From NCBI GenBank assembly GCA_027623775.1, contig JAQBUY010000001.1, positions 4,781 through 68,780 of the forward strand: a DNA stretch of 64,000 nucleotides, in the 5' to 3' direction. The stretch is from Pseudomonadota bacterium (GTDB lineage Bacteria > Pseudomonadota > Alphaproteobacteria > HIMB59). Below the pieces are notes generated by a model. It saw nothing but the letters and a program-made list of their open reading frames with translations. It ran no database searches and was not told the DNA's origin. The stretch's first letter is position 1. Each line of letters opens with the position of its first letter. Below, piece after piece: positions 22,336-35,590 of this stretch. The position numbers and the translations under genes were made by a program.

Positions 22336-23033
22336 AACTTTTTAAATATATATATGTTGTTAGCACCCGAAAGAAAATCAATAGTTTTTTGATGTGTTAA
22401 TCCTGTTGATTCTGCTTGCATTATGATGTTGTCTTGACTTGGAAAATTCTGAATACTTTCAGCTAAATATTTATAACTATGTCTATCTTTTGCAACTATG
22501 CTCCCAATTAAAGGGAGCCACTTATTAAGATATAAATTAAATGGCTCTAAAAGTAGATCTCTTTTAGGTTTGCCAAATTCCATAAATAAAAAATAGCCAT
22601 TTTTTTTTAAGCATCTTGTAATTTCGCTAAAAGCTTTATTTCTGTTTTCAAAGTTACGTACACCATACGTACAGGAAATAACTTGAAAATAATTTTTTTT
22701 ATAAGGCATTTTTTCTGCAAAGCCAGTCTCATAGCTAATGGATTTCTTTGAATTTTTTACTTTAGATATAGAATGCATTTCACTGATAGGATCTATTGCA
22801 AATAAATTTTTTGACCTATTGAGTGAATAAAAAATATCCCCTGTTCCACTAGCAATATCTAAAATATTTTCAGACGATATATGAAGATTTTCTATAAGGT
22901 TCACATAGTATTTTTTCCAAAGTCGGTGAACTCCTAAACTCATGACATCATTCATTAAGTCATATTTTTCATTAGCAACTTTTTGAAAAATATCTTTTAC
23001 ATTGTATTTGAATAATTTATCTTGTTTGTGCAT
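22332..23033 (-). CDS. ubiE: Ubiquinone/menaquinone C-methyltransferase UbiE
   Basis: YDLMNDVMSLGVHRLWK, LDIASGTGD, YKYLAESI; likely start is the ATG at 23033. Confidence 0.93.
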   Translation of the reverse strand: MHKQDKLFKYNVKDIFQKVANEKYDLMNDVMSLGVHRLWKKYYVNLIENLHISSENILDIASGTGDIFYSLNRSKNLFAIDPISEMHSISKVKNSKKSISYETGFAEKMPYKKNYFQVISCTYGVRNFENRNKAFSEITRCLKKNGYFLFMEFGKPKRDLLLEPFNLYLNKWLPLIGSIVAKDRHSYKYLAESIQNFPSQDNIIMQAESTGLTHQKTIDFLSGANNIYIFKKL

Positions 23034-23847
23034 GCCAGAACTCCCAGAAGTAGAAACAACAATAAGATATTTACGTTCAAAAGTTAAAGAAAAAAAAATT
23101 ATAAAACTATCTAAGTCAGATAAAAAGCTCAGAAAAAATTTAACAAATAGTGATCTTGACCATATTAATAATAAAAAGATAATGGATGTTAAAAGAATAG
23201 CTAAATACATTATTATTGAACTATCTAGCAAAAGATACTTAGTGATTCACTTGGGAATGAGCGGCAGATTAAAATTTCTCCCCAGATCATATATGTTAGA
23301 GAAGCATGATCACTTAACTTTAACTTTTAAAGATTTTTTAATCGTTTTTAATGATCCTAGGAGGTTTGGCATGGTCTTCTTACTATCTAATTTAGAGGAG
23401 GTAAAACAGTTTTTTAGTAATTATGGATATGATCTTCTCCAATATAAGGCTCCTATAAAAAAAATATATGAAAATATTATTAAAAAAAACATCTCTATGA
23501 AGCAAATACTTCTAGACCAAAGGTATTTTGTAGGTATTGGCAATATTTATGCAAATGAAATACTTTTTCTTTCTAGAATCTCACCTACTAAAGTAGCCAA
23601 TACTATAACTTTCATAGAGTTTGCTCATTTAGTTAAATGTATTAAGAAAATTCTGTTAATTGCTATTAAAAAAGGAGGTTCGTCGATCAATGATTATAAG
23701 TCTCCGGATGGAGTTTTGGGCAGTTTTCAGAATTTTTTTAAAGTGTATCAAAAAGACATAATTAAAATCAAAGGAAAGTCTTATTTGGTAAAAAAAATTA
23801 CTCAAAATGGAAGGTCAACTTTTTATTGCCCCACTTTACAAACATAA
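23032..23847 (+). CDS. mutM: Formamidopyrimidine-DNA glycosylase Fpg
   Basis: Canonical N-terminus MPELPEVE, HLGMSG, DPRRFG, GIGNIYANE. Confidence 0.96.
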   Translation: MPELPEVETTIRYLRSKVKEKKIIKLSKSDKKLRKNLTNSDLDHINNKKIMDVKRIAKYIIIELSSKRYLVIHLGMSGRLKFLPRSYMLEKHDHLTLTFKDFLIVFNDPRRFGMVFLLSNLEEVKQFFSNYGYDLLQYKAPIKKIYENIIKKNISMKQILLDQRYFVGIGNIYANEILFLSRISPTKVANTITFIEFAHLVKCIKKILLIAIKKGGSSINDYKSPDGVLGSFQNFFKVYQKDIIKIKGKSYLVKKITQNGRSTFYCPTLQT

Positions 23848-23904
23848 ATAAAAGTATAAGTTACTAACGTAATTAAACTAATAACTTGTTAATAAAAAAA
23901 AAAT

Positions 23905-24171
23905 ATGCCACAACATAAATCAGCAAAAAAAAGATTGAGACAATCTGAAAAGAAAAAAGCAGTTAATAAGAGCTTTAAATCTAACGTTAATACTGAAATT
24001 AAAGCCATTGAAAAATTTATTGATGATAAAAAACTAGATGAATCAATAGCAAAATTACAGATTGTTATGTCATTACTTCATAAGTCAGCTAAAAAAAAGA
24101 TCATGAACTTAAATAAGGCATCCAGAACAATCGCAAAAATACAAAAAAATATTTCAGCAATTTCAAAATAA
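23905..24171 (+). CDS. rpsT: 30S ribosomal protein S20
   Basis: HKSAKKRLRQ, NKASR; upstream of dnaA. Confidence 0.93.
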   Translation: MPQHKSAKKRLRQSEKKKAVNKSFKSNVNTEIKAIEKFIDDKKLDESIAKLQIVMSLLHKSAKKKIMNLNKASRTIAKIQKNISAISK

Positions 24172-24280
24172 TAGCTTGACTACAAGTTTTTTTTTCTCAA
24201 AATTTAATTAATTTTTATATTTTTCTAAACCTATTTTCATGATTTAATACGTCCTCTTTAGAGGGAAGGACATTATAAGA

Positions 24281-25660
24281 TTGGAAGACGAAATTTATTT
24301 TAAAGACTCAAATTTATCTTGGAAAAATATTTCAAGTGAGCTCAAAAAATCTTTAGATAAAGACACCTTCCAAAATTGGATTAAGCCAATTGTATTTGAA
24401 TCCTACCAAAACAATATTTTATCCCTTTCAGTACCAACAAGATTTTTAAGAGACTGGATAATTAAGAACTACGCACCAGTCATTAAGAGAATTTGCCTTG
24501 ACGATGGCTTTTCAATTGAAAAGTTAATAATTATTGTTAAAGAAAAAAACGAAAGAGCTATTCCCGGAACAGAAGTCGTATATCAAGAGAAAGAGAAAGA
24601 GAAAGAGAAAGATGAAGATACATACTACGATGATATATCTGCTCCTTTAGATCCAAAATTTACTTTTGATAATTTTATAGTCGGCAAGCCAAATGAATTA
24701 GCATATGCGGCTGCACAAAGAGTTGCAGAATCAGAGGTTGTTAGTTTTAACCCATTGTTTTTATATGGTGGTGTTGGATTAGGTAAGACTCATTTAATGC
24801 ACGCTGTAGCATGGGCTATTAAAAAAAGAAGTCCTAAAAAAAATGTAGTCTATTTAACTGCTGAAAAATTTATGTATCAGTTTATTAAAGCACTTCGTTT
24901 TAAAAATATTATGAATTTTAAAGAGCAATTCCGATCAGTGGATGTGCTGATGATCGATGATGTACAATTCATCATAGGTAAAGACAATACCCAGGAAGAG
25001 TTTTTTCATACTTTCAACACACTTGTTGATAAAAAAAGACAAATCATAATTTCAGCAGATAAATCGCCTGCAGATTTAGAAGGATTAGAAGACAGATTGA
25101 AATCAAGACTAGGTTGGGGATTAGTTGCAGATATTCACCCTCTAACATATGAATTAAGATTAGGAATTCTTCAATCGAAGGCTGAACAAAAACAACTCAC
25201 TCTATCTCCTGAAGTATTAGAATTTCTTTCAAATAAAATTACAAATAATGTGAGAGAAATGGAAGGAGCTCTTAATAGACTTGCTGTCCATGGCTCATTA
25301 CATCAGTCAGAAATAACTGTCGAAATGGTGAAAGATGTTTTAAAAGATCTTCTCAGGACTAATTCAAGAAAAATAACAATTGATGAAATTCAAAAGAAAG
25401 TAACTGAACATTATAATATTAGGCTTTCAGACATGCACTCGCCAAGAAGATCTCGCTCAATAGCTAGACCTAGACAGGTTGCGATGTATTTAGCAAAATC
25501 TATCACAACCAGGTCTTTACCTGAAATAGGTAGAAAATTTGGTGGTCGAGATCACACAACAGTAATTCATGCCATTAAAACTATCGAAGAAATAATATCT
25601 AATGACCCTAATCTTGCAGAAGATATTGAAATTTTGACAAGAATACTGCAAACTTCATAG
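24281..25660 (+). CDS. dnaA: Replication initiator DnaA
   Basis: YGGVGLGKTHL, DDVQF, RDHTTVIHA. Confidence 0.98.
   Translation: MEDEIYFKDSNLSWKNISSELKKSLDKDTFQNWIKPIVFESYQNNILSLSVPTRFLRDWIIKNYAPVIKRICLDDGFSIEKLIIIVKEKNERAIPGTEVVYQEKEKEKEKDEDTYYDDISAPLDPKFTFDNFIVGKPNELAYAAAQRVAESEVVSFNPLFLYGGVGLGKTHLMHAVAWAIKKRSPKKNVVYLTAEKFMYQFIKALRFKNIMNFKEQFRSVDVLMIDDVQFIIGKDNTQEEFFHTFNTLVDKKRQIIISADKSPADLEGLEDRLKSRLGWGLVADIHPLTYELRLGILQSKAEQKQLTLSPEVLEFLSNKITNNVREMEGALNRLAVHGSLHQSEITVEMVKDVLKDLLRTNSRKITIDEIQKKVTEHYNIRLSDMHSPRRSRSIARPRQVAMYLAKSITTRSLPEIGRKFGGRDHTTVIHAIKTIEEIISNDPNLAEDIEILTRILQTS
24587..24610 (+). repeat. (GAGAAA)4 in-frame microsatellite in the DnaA domain II linker
   Basis: Four exact tandem hexamers encoding EKEKEKEK. 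Confidence 0.85.
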
Positions 25661-25664
25661 TATA

Positions 25665-26774
25665 ATGGAATTCCAATTAAGCAGAGAGGCTTTTCTAAGA
25701 GTCTTAAATCACGTTAGTTCAATCGTAGACAGTCGCTCCACCATAAGTATTTTATCAAATATTTATTTAAAATGTGAAAATAATCAAATTGAAATTAGAT
25801 CAACTGATATGGACATCTCAATCAAAGAGTTTGTCTCTGCGGATTCATCTAAAAATGGTGAGGCTACAGTCAACTCAAGAATATTAACTGATATCATTCG
25901 CAAAACAAAAAAAAATACTATTGTTAAAGTTAAAAATGAAGGCAATAGATTAATTATAAATTCTGAAAACTCAGTTTTTGAATTAAATGCGCTGTCAGCC
26001 GATGAATTTCCAAAATTCACACCATTAGACCAAGCTAATTCATTTGAACTTAATGTCGAACAAATTAAGAGGATTTTTACAAAAACAAAATTTGCAATTT
26101 CATCAGAAGAAACTCGTTATTATCTTAACGGTATATACTTTCATACTGTTAAAAATGGTGAAAAAAATAATTTAATAGCCGTTGCTACTGATGGCCATAG
26201 ACTTGCTAAAACCGAATTAGAAATAAGCTCTTCGGTTTTAATTGAAGGGATAATTTTGCCAAGAAAATTTATTCTTCAACTTGATAAAATTTTAGGAGAT
26301 TTTGAAGGTAAAGTCAAAATTGTATGCAGTGATACACAGGTAAGTTTCGAGGCGGATAATTTTATTATTATTAGTAAACTAATTGATGGAAAATTTCCTG
26401 ACTACGGTAAAGTTATTCCTGTTTCTAATGATAAATTCCTAGAGATAGAAACAGAACCTTTCTTTAATGCTATTGATAGAATTTCTACAGTGAATCAAGA
26501 TAAAACACCGACAGTAAAATTAGCTTTTGATAATAATAGTGTAAAAATTATGGCAAGCAGTACTGAGAGTAATAAAGGAGATGAAGAGGTTCCAGCTAAC
26601 TATACCTCTAGCCCTTTAGAAATACTTTTTAATTCTAAATATTTATTAGATTTAAGGGACGTTCTAGAAAGTCAAAATATAAATCTGGAACTTTTAAATC
26701 AATCATCACCAGTGATAGTAAAGGATCCTGACGATACAAAGAGTATCTATATACTAATGCCTATGAGAGTTTAG
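25665..26774 (+). CDS. dnaN: DNA polymerase III beta clamp
   Basis: EETRYYLNG, VATDGHRLA, C-terminal LMPMRV. Confidence 0.97.
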   Translation: MEFQLSREAFLRVLNHVSSIVDSRSTISILSNIYLKCENNQIEIRSTDMDISIKEFVSADSSKNGEATVNSRILTDIIRKTKKNTIVKVKNEGNRLIINSENSVFELNALSADEFPKFTPLDQANSFELNVEQIKRIFTKTKFAISSEETRYYLNGIYFHTVKNGEKNNLIAVATDGHRLAKTELEISSSVLIEGIILPRKFILQLDKILGDFEGKVKIVCSDTQVSFEADNFIIISKLIDGKFPDYGKVIPVSNDKFLEIETEPFFNAIDRISTVNQDKTPTVKLAFDNNSVKIMASSTESNKGDEEVPANYTSSPLEILFNSKYLLDLRDVLESQNINLELLNQSSPVIVKDPDDTKSIYILMPMRV

Positions 26775-30283
<3,509 letters not shown>

Positions 30284-30284
30284 T

Positions 30285-31532
30285 TTGCTTCAGAAAAATA
30301 CTTTTTTATTTGTAAATTCCTCAGATTTTACACTCATTAGGTTTATAGCCTTTATAGGGCAGGCTTTAACTTTAATTATTACTTATAATTTAGTTGAAGT
30401 TAGTAGCTCTATTATTATTGCCTCTAGCTTCATCGCAGGATCGCTCCTCATTAGTAATACATTCATATATTATTTGTTAAAAAGAGGAGATAGGGTCTTA
30501 TCTGAAAATCAGATTTTTTATTTTTTATTTTTTGATATTTTGCAAATTTCATGCCTGATTGCTATTAACGGTGGTTATACCAATCCATTTATTTTTATAA
30601 TTTTGGCACCGCTTGCAATTTCAGCAACATATCTTTCAATACAGAAGATTTTAATGATTGTGAGTTTATCGTTAGTTTGTTTTGCAATTATTTTTAATAT
30701 TTATATAGAGTTACCCGAAAATATTAGACCGGTACTAAATGATAATTATAGCCTGGGCATAATGATATCACTTTTTACAAGTAGTATTTTTATGGTCTTT
30801 TACCTTTATTATTTTTCATTAAATTATAAAAAAACACAATCGGCCTACCAATTAGCAAGTACACAACTTCAAAATGAAAAAGAATTACTCAAAGTTGGAG
30901 GTTTAGCTGCAGCTGCTGTTCATGAGTTGGGGACACCACTAAATACGATTAATTTAATTGTTAATGATTTCGAAAAAGACATTAACTTAAATAATAAGTA
31001 CGCAATTGATATTAATACATTAAAAGAACAATTAGATAGATGTAAAAAAATTCTAAAAGATTTATCGACTAATCCTCAATCTAAAGAACTTTCAAGCGAA
31101 TTGAGAGACATGTCTTTAGACGCCTATGTCCAATCTTTAGCTGAAAAATATCATCAAAATTTTAATCGTATCAATATGGAGTATAGATCAGATGACCTAT
31201 CAAGAAATATTGTGATATCCATTACCCCTGAATTAAATATTGCGATGACTAATATCATTAATAATGCCATTAGTTTTGCTGATAAAAATATTATTGTGAT
31301 TTCAGAGGTATTTGATGATTATTATATTATTAAAATTAAAGATGATGGACCAGGTTTTGATAAAAAGTTTATAGCTAATTTTGGAAAACCATTCTATTCT
31401 ACCAGATCTAATAACGCCTTAAATATGGGATTAGGTCTTTTTATTACGAAACAAATGATTGAAAATCTTGAAGGAAACGTTGAAGTTATTAACAATAATG
31501 GAGCAGAAGTTGTATTGAAATGGAAGAAATAA
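30285..31532 (+). CDS. regB: RegB/PrrB/ActS redox sensor kinase
   Basis: N-terminal TM region with GG.TNPF; AAAAVHELGTPL, RC redox Cys, DDGPGF, GLGLFI. Confidence 0.9.
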   Translation: MLQKNTFLFVNSSDFTLIRFIAFIGQALTLIITYNLVEVSSSIIIASSFIAGSLLISNTFIYYLLKRGDRVLSENQIFYFLFFDILQISCLIAINGGYTNPFIFIILAPLAISATYLSIQKILMIVSLSLVCFAIIFNIYIELPENIRPVLNDNYSLGIMISLFTSSIFMVFYLYYFSLNYKKTQSAYQLASTQLQNEKELLKVGGLAAAAVHELGTPLNTINLIVNDFEKDINLNNKYAIDINTLKEQLDRCKKILKDLSTNPQSKELSSELRDMSLDAYVQSLAEKYHQNFNRINMEYRSDDLSRNIVISITPELNIAMTNIINNAISFADKNIIVISEVFDDYYIIKIKDDGPGFDKKFIANFGKPFYSTRSNNALNMGLGLFITKQMIENLEGNVEVINNNGAEVVLKWKK

Positions 31533-32060
31533 ATGAAAAAAAGTCTATTTATCATAGAAGATGATAACTCTTTCCGTGAGAGGTTAACAATCTCATTTCA
31601 GAGAAAAGATTTTATTGTGACTGCTGCAGCTTCTAAGAAAGAGGCTCTAGAAATATTAGCTAAATTTTCATTTAGTTATGCAATTGTTGATCTTCGGTTA
31701 GGTGATGGTTCTGGTCTAGATGTCATTAAAGTAATTAAAGAACAAAATCCAACGTGTAGAACTGTGATGCTGACAAGTTATGGCAATATTGCGACAGCAG
31801 TTTCTTCCGTAAAACTAGGCGCTGATGACTATTTACCTAAGCCGGCTAATATTGATGATATCGAAAAATCATTAATGTCTCACACTGGCACTTTACCTCC
31901 TCCACCTGAAAATCCAATGTCAGCCGATAGAATAAGATGGGAACATATTCAGAGAGTATTTAATCAATGTAATAGAAATGTTTCTGAGACGGCTAGACGT
32001 TTAAAAATGCACAGAAGAACCTTGCAAAGAATTTTAAATAAACACGCACCAAAAGAATAG
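31533..32060 (+). CDS. regA: RegA/PrrA/ActR response regulator
   Basis: PPPENPMSADRIRWEHIQRV...NVSETARRLKMHRRTLQRIL. Confidence 0.96.
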   Translation: MKKSLFIIEDDNSFRERLTISFQRKDFIVTAAASKKEALEILAKFSFSYAIVDLRLGDGSGLDVIKVIKEQNPTCRTVMLTSYGNIATAVSSVKLGADDYLPKPANIDDIEKSLMSHTGTLPPPPENPMSADRIRWEHIQRVFNQCNRNVSETARRLKMHRRTLQRILNKHAPKE

Positions 32061-32104
32061 TTCTTTTAGGTTTTTTTATCTACTCGATAGGCTATTCTAT
32101 AAAA

Positions 32105-34786
32105 ATGATTCCAAATCCTAGGTTAATTTTAGTTGATGGATCTGCTTATATTTTTAGAGCTTATTACGCATTACCTCCTATGACGAATAGTTCGGGTATT
32201 CCAACTAATGCTGTTTATGGTTTTTGTAATATGATGCTCAAACTAATCGATCAATATCATGATGATAAAATTATTATAGTTTTAGATGCTGGAAGAAATA
32301 CATTTCGCAATAAATTATATTCTGAATATAAGGCTAATCGTTCAGAGGCACCTGAAGACCTCATACCGCAATTTAAAATCATTAGAGAAGCAATCGATGC
32401 TTTTGGTTTAGACGTCATTGAGAAAAAAGATTTTGAAGCAGATGACATCATTGCATCGTATGCAAAATATGGAGAAAAGAATAATATTAACACTATCGTT
32501 TACAGTTCTGATAAGGATCTTTTTCAACTGTTAACGGGAACAACAAAAATTATTGATCCTATGAAAAACATTGAGATAGACGAAGAAAAGGTTTTTGAGA
32601 AATTTGGAGTAACACCTGATAAAATTACAGATGTTCAGGCTTTAATTGGAGATACCGCTGATAATATACCGGGTGTTCCAGGAATAGGACCTAAAACAGC
32701 TTCAAAATTAATTAATGAATTTGGAAGCTTTGAAAATCTCCTCACTAAAAAAGAAGAAATCACTAATGTTAGAATTAAAAACCTCATCCAAGAACACGAG
32801 GAACTGGCAAAAATAAGTCATCAATTAGTTATTTTAAAAAACGATCTAGAGTTACCCATAGAGATTAAAGATATAAAAGCCTTCGATGATTCTCCTAAAT
32901 TAAACGACTTTTTTAAAAAGTATGAATTTAAGTCACTTATTAGATCAGAACTTCACGAAACTAACCCTCACTCACCACCAATTAAGAAAGAATTTAAAGC
33001 CATTACAGATATAAAAGAAATTAAAGAATTCTTAGTCTTAATGCGCAATGAGGAAGTTATCGCCTGTGATTTAGAAACAGATAGTTTGAATGTGGAGGTG
33101 GCAAATATTATTGGAATTTCAATAGCCTATAGTCAAGACGCTGTCTATATACCTTTTATATCTCCTGAAAATGTCATGAATAAAAAAGATCAAAAGGAAA
33201 TTCTTATCCTTTTAAATAATTTATGTGAAGATGAATCTATTATTAAAGTTTTTCATAATGCTAAATATGATTGTGTTATTCTTAAGAGATACGGAGTTAA
33301 GATCATATCTTTTCAAGATACTTTATTGATGTCATATTCTATTAATAATGGCTTAACCAAACATAATTTAGAGGATCTATATTTTTATTATTTCGGAGAA
33401 GCTAAAGAAAAATTTAAAGACGTGATGAAAAATGAATCAAAAAAAAATTATAAAGATTTTTCTGAAGTGCCACTTGAATTTGCTACCAATTATGCCGCCT
33501 ACGATTCTTATGCAACCCTACAATTATTTAATAGATTAAATCCACTTGTGGCACAAGATAAGAATAATTGGATCTATTATGAGGTGGATAAAAAATTAAG
33601 TTTGGTACTTCAAGATATGGAAAGTGTAGGTTTTAAAATTGATAGACCACTACTTTCAAAGTTGGAATTAGAAATCGGAAAAGAAATTCATAAAATAGAA
33701 AAAAAAATATTTTCTATCTCTGGTGAGGAGTTTAATATTGCATCACCTAAACAACTCACAGTAATTTTTAAAAAATTAGAAATTAATGTTTCCAAAAAAA
33801 CCAAAGCAGGAGATTTTCAAACAAATGTATCTGTTTTAGAGCAGTTAGAAAGTGAAGGGATTGAGATTGCTACACATATTTTGCAATGGAGACAGTATTC
33901 AAAACTGCATTCCACCTATACTTCTTCTTTAGCAGATCGTGCCGATAAAGGAGATAGAATACATAGTACATTTAATATTGCCTCTACGATTACTGGGAGA
34001 CTTAGTTCTTCAGAACCTAATCTTCAAAATATACCTATTAGATCTGAGGTCGGAAAAAAGATAAGAACCGCATTTATTGCAGATAATCATTTTAAATTAT
34101 ATAGCCTAGATTATTCACAAATAGAATTAAGAATTTTATGTGAAGCCTGCCAAGATCCTATTTTACTGGAATCTTTTAAAAATAATATTGATATTCATGA
34201 AAGTACAGCCCAACTAGTATTTAATAAAAAAGATATTAATCCAGATGATAGGCGAATGGCTAAGATTATTAATTTTGGAATTATATATGGTATCAGCGCA
34301 TTTGGACTCGCTAAACAGCTGAGTGTCTCTAATCAAGAAGCAAAACTATTTATAGAAAATTACTTTAAGAAATTTCCAAATATTGAAAATTTTATGAAAA
34401 GTTCAGTGGAGAATAGTAAGAAAAATGGTTATATAAAAAATTTGTTTGGTAGAAAATCTTTTATTAAAAATATTAACTCTAAAAATTTTATGCTGAGATC
34501 TTATGCAGAACGACTAGCTATCAATGCACCTATTCAAGGATCTGCATCCGATTTAATTAAAATAGCCATGATTAAAATTGATCATGAAATTAAAAAACAA
34601 AAATTAAAAACTAGAATGATTTCACAAGTTCATGATGAATTATTATTTGAAGTGCACAACAAAGAAGAAGAATTTATTGAAGAGATTATAAATATTATGG
34701 AAAAAGGTCATGAGGAGTTTATCAAATTTGATACTCCTATTAAGGTTGATAGTGGTAGTGGTCAGAACTGGTCAGAGGCTCACTAA
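32105..34786 (+). CDS. polA: DNA polymerase I
   Basis: 5'-3' exonuclease (DNIPGVPGIG), DLET, TGRLSSSEPNLQNIP, DYSQIELR, VHDEL. Confidence 0.98.
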   Translation: MIPNPRLILVDGSAYIFRAYYALPPMTNSSGIPTNAVYGFCNMMLKLIDQYHDDKIIIVLDAGRNTFRNKLYSEYKANRSEAPEDLIPQFKIIREAIDAFGLDVIEKKDFEADDIIASYAKYGEKNNINTIVYSSDKDLFQLLTGTTKIIDPMKNIEIDEEKVFEKFGVTPDKITDVQALIGDTADNIPGVPGIGPKTASKLINEFGSFENLLTKKEEITNVRIKNLIQEHEELAKISHQLVILKNDLELPIEIKDIKAFDDSPKLNDFFKKYEFKSLIRSELHETNPHSPPIKKEFKAITDIKEIKEFLVLMRNEEVIACDLETDSLNVEVANIIGISIAYSQDAVYIPFISPENVMNKKDQKEILILLNNLCEDESIIKVFHNAKYDCVILKRYGVKIISFQDTLLMSYSINNGLTKHNLEDLYFYYFGEAKEKFKDVMKNESKKNYKDFSEVPLEFATNYAAYDSYATLQLFNRLNPLVAQDKNNWIYYEVDKKLSLVLQDMESVGFKIDRPLLSKLELEIGKEIHKIEKKIFSISGEEFNIASPKQLTVIFKKLEINVSKKTKAGDFQTNVSVLEQLESEGIEIATHILQWRQYSKLHSTYTSSLADRADKGDRIHSTFNIASTITGRLSSSEPNLQNIPIRSEVGKKIRTAFIADNHFKLYSLDYSQIELRILCEACQDPILLESFKNNIDIHESTAQLVFNKKDINPDDRRMAKIINFGIIYGISAFGLAKQLSVSNQEAKLFIENYFKKFPNIENFMKSSVENSKKNGYIKNLFGRKSFIKNINSKNFMLRSYAERLAINAPIQGSASDLIKIAMIKIDHEIKKQKLKTRMISQVHDELLFEVHNKEEEFIEEIINIMEKGHEEFIKFDTPIKVDSGSGQNWSEAH

Positions 34787-34787
34787 A

Positions 34788-35351
34788 TCACCAAGAAGAA
34801 TTAGGTTCTTTTAGAAAAGTAATTTCCTCTAATGTTGATTGTCTTTGTAATATTTCGTTGCGATGGGGGTACCGGCCAAACCTTTTAATTACTTTGGTAT
34901 GACCATCCCATGACTTTTTGATTCCTAAATAATTTGGATGATCCTTTAAGAATACTTCCCCTAGTTGTTTTACAAATAAATGATCTTGCATTTCTTCACT
35001 ATGAACAAGTGGCAAAAGATAAAACAACCTCTCAGGTAAATCCAGATCATCTAAATATTCCCTATCTACACCTTCTGTTACTAATAATCTAGATTTGGTA
35101 TCTTGGGCGTATGATCTAGAGTCATTTCGAAAAAGATTTCTAGAGAATTGATCCAGCAATATTATGAGAGCTAGGCTACTTTTGGAGTTATCCTGCCAAT
35201 TATCATACTCGTTTCGAATGGCTTTCTCTAAATCATCTTTAAAATGATCATTTATTTTTTTGTCGTATTCATCGGTTTTTGACCAGTGATCTTTTGAGGT
35301 AGAGTCTTTAAACCAAAAATCTAATATCTCTTGATATTTTTCTTTTGGCAC
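34788..35351 (-). CDS. DUF924 family protein
   Basis: ILDFWF, LALIILLDQFSRN, RFGRYPHRN. Confidence 0.9.
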   Translation of the reverse strand: MPKEKYQEILDFWFKDSTSKDHWSKTDEYDKKINDHFKDDLEKAIRNEYDNWQDNSKSSLALIILLDQFSRNLFRNDSRSYAQDTKSRLLVTEGVDREYLDDLDLPERLFYLLPLVHSEEMQDHLFVKQLGEVFLKDHPNYLGIKKSWDGHTKVIKRFGRYPHRNEILQRQSTLEEITFLKEPNSSW

Positions 35352-35590
35352 TAAAAATCTTCATCCGGCTTATTAAAAGCTAGCCATTTTTCAACTTCAA
35401 TATGACCGCCAATGTGCTTATCGTCTATAACGATTTGAGGAAAAGACCTTACATCTGGAAATTTTTCAAAAAAAATCTCTCTCGTAAAATCTTGATCTAA
35501 CATAAGAATTTTAGGGCCGAATTTATTTAAAATGATTTTTGCTTTATTGCAATTCACACAGTTTTCTTTTGAGTAAATTTCTACTTTCAT
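35351..35590 (-). CDS. Glutaredoxin (NrdH/NrdC-like RNR reductant)
   Basis: CVNC, SFPQI, IGG; abuts nrdB. Confidence 0.9.
   Translation of the reverse strand: MKVEIYSKENCVNCNKAKIILNKFGPKILMLDQDFTREIFFEKFPDVRSFPQIVIDDKHIGGHIEVEKWLAFNKPDEDF

Noticed and set aside
23034-23231. 66-aa hydrophobic N-terminal extension of UbiE in the ORF track
   Set aside because: It is the antisense of Lys/Ile-rich mutM codons, and UbiE similarity starts after 23033
24172-24280. oriC next to dnaA
   Set aside because: Only 109 bp with no DnaA-box cluster seen, and the dnaA-dnaN gap is 4 bp
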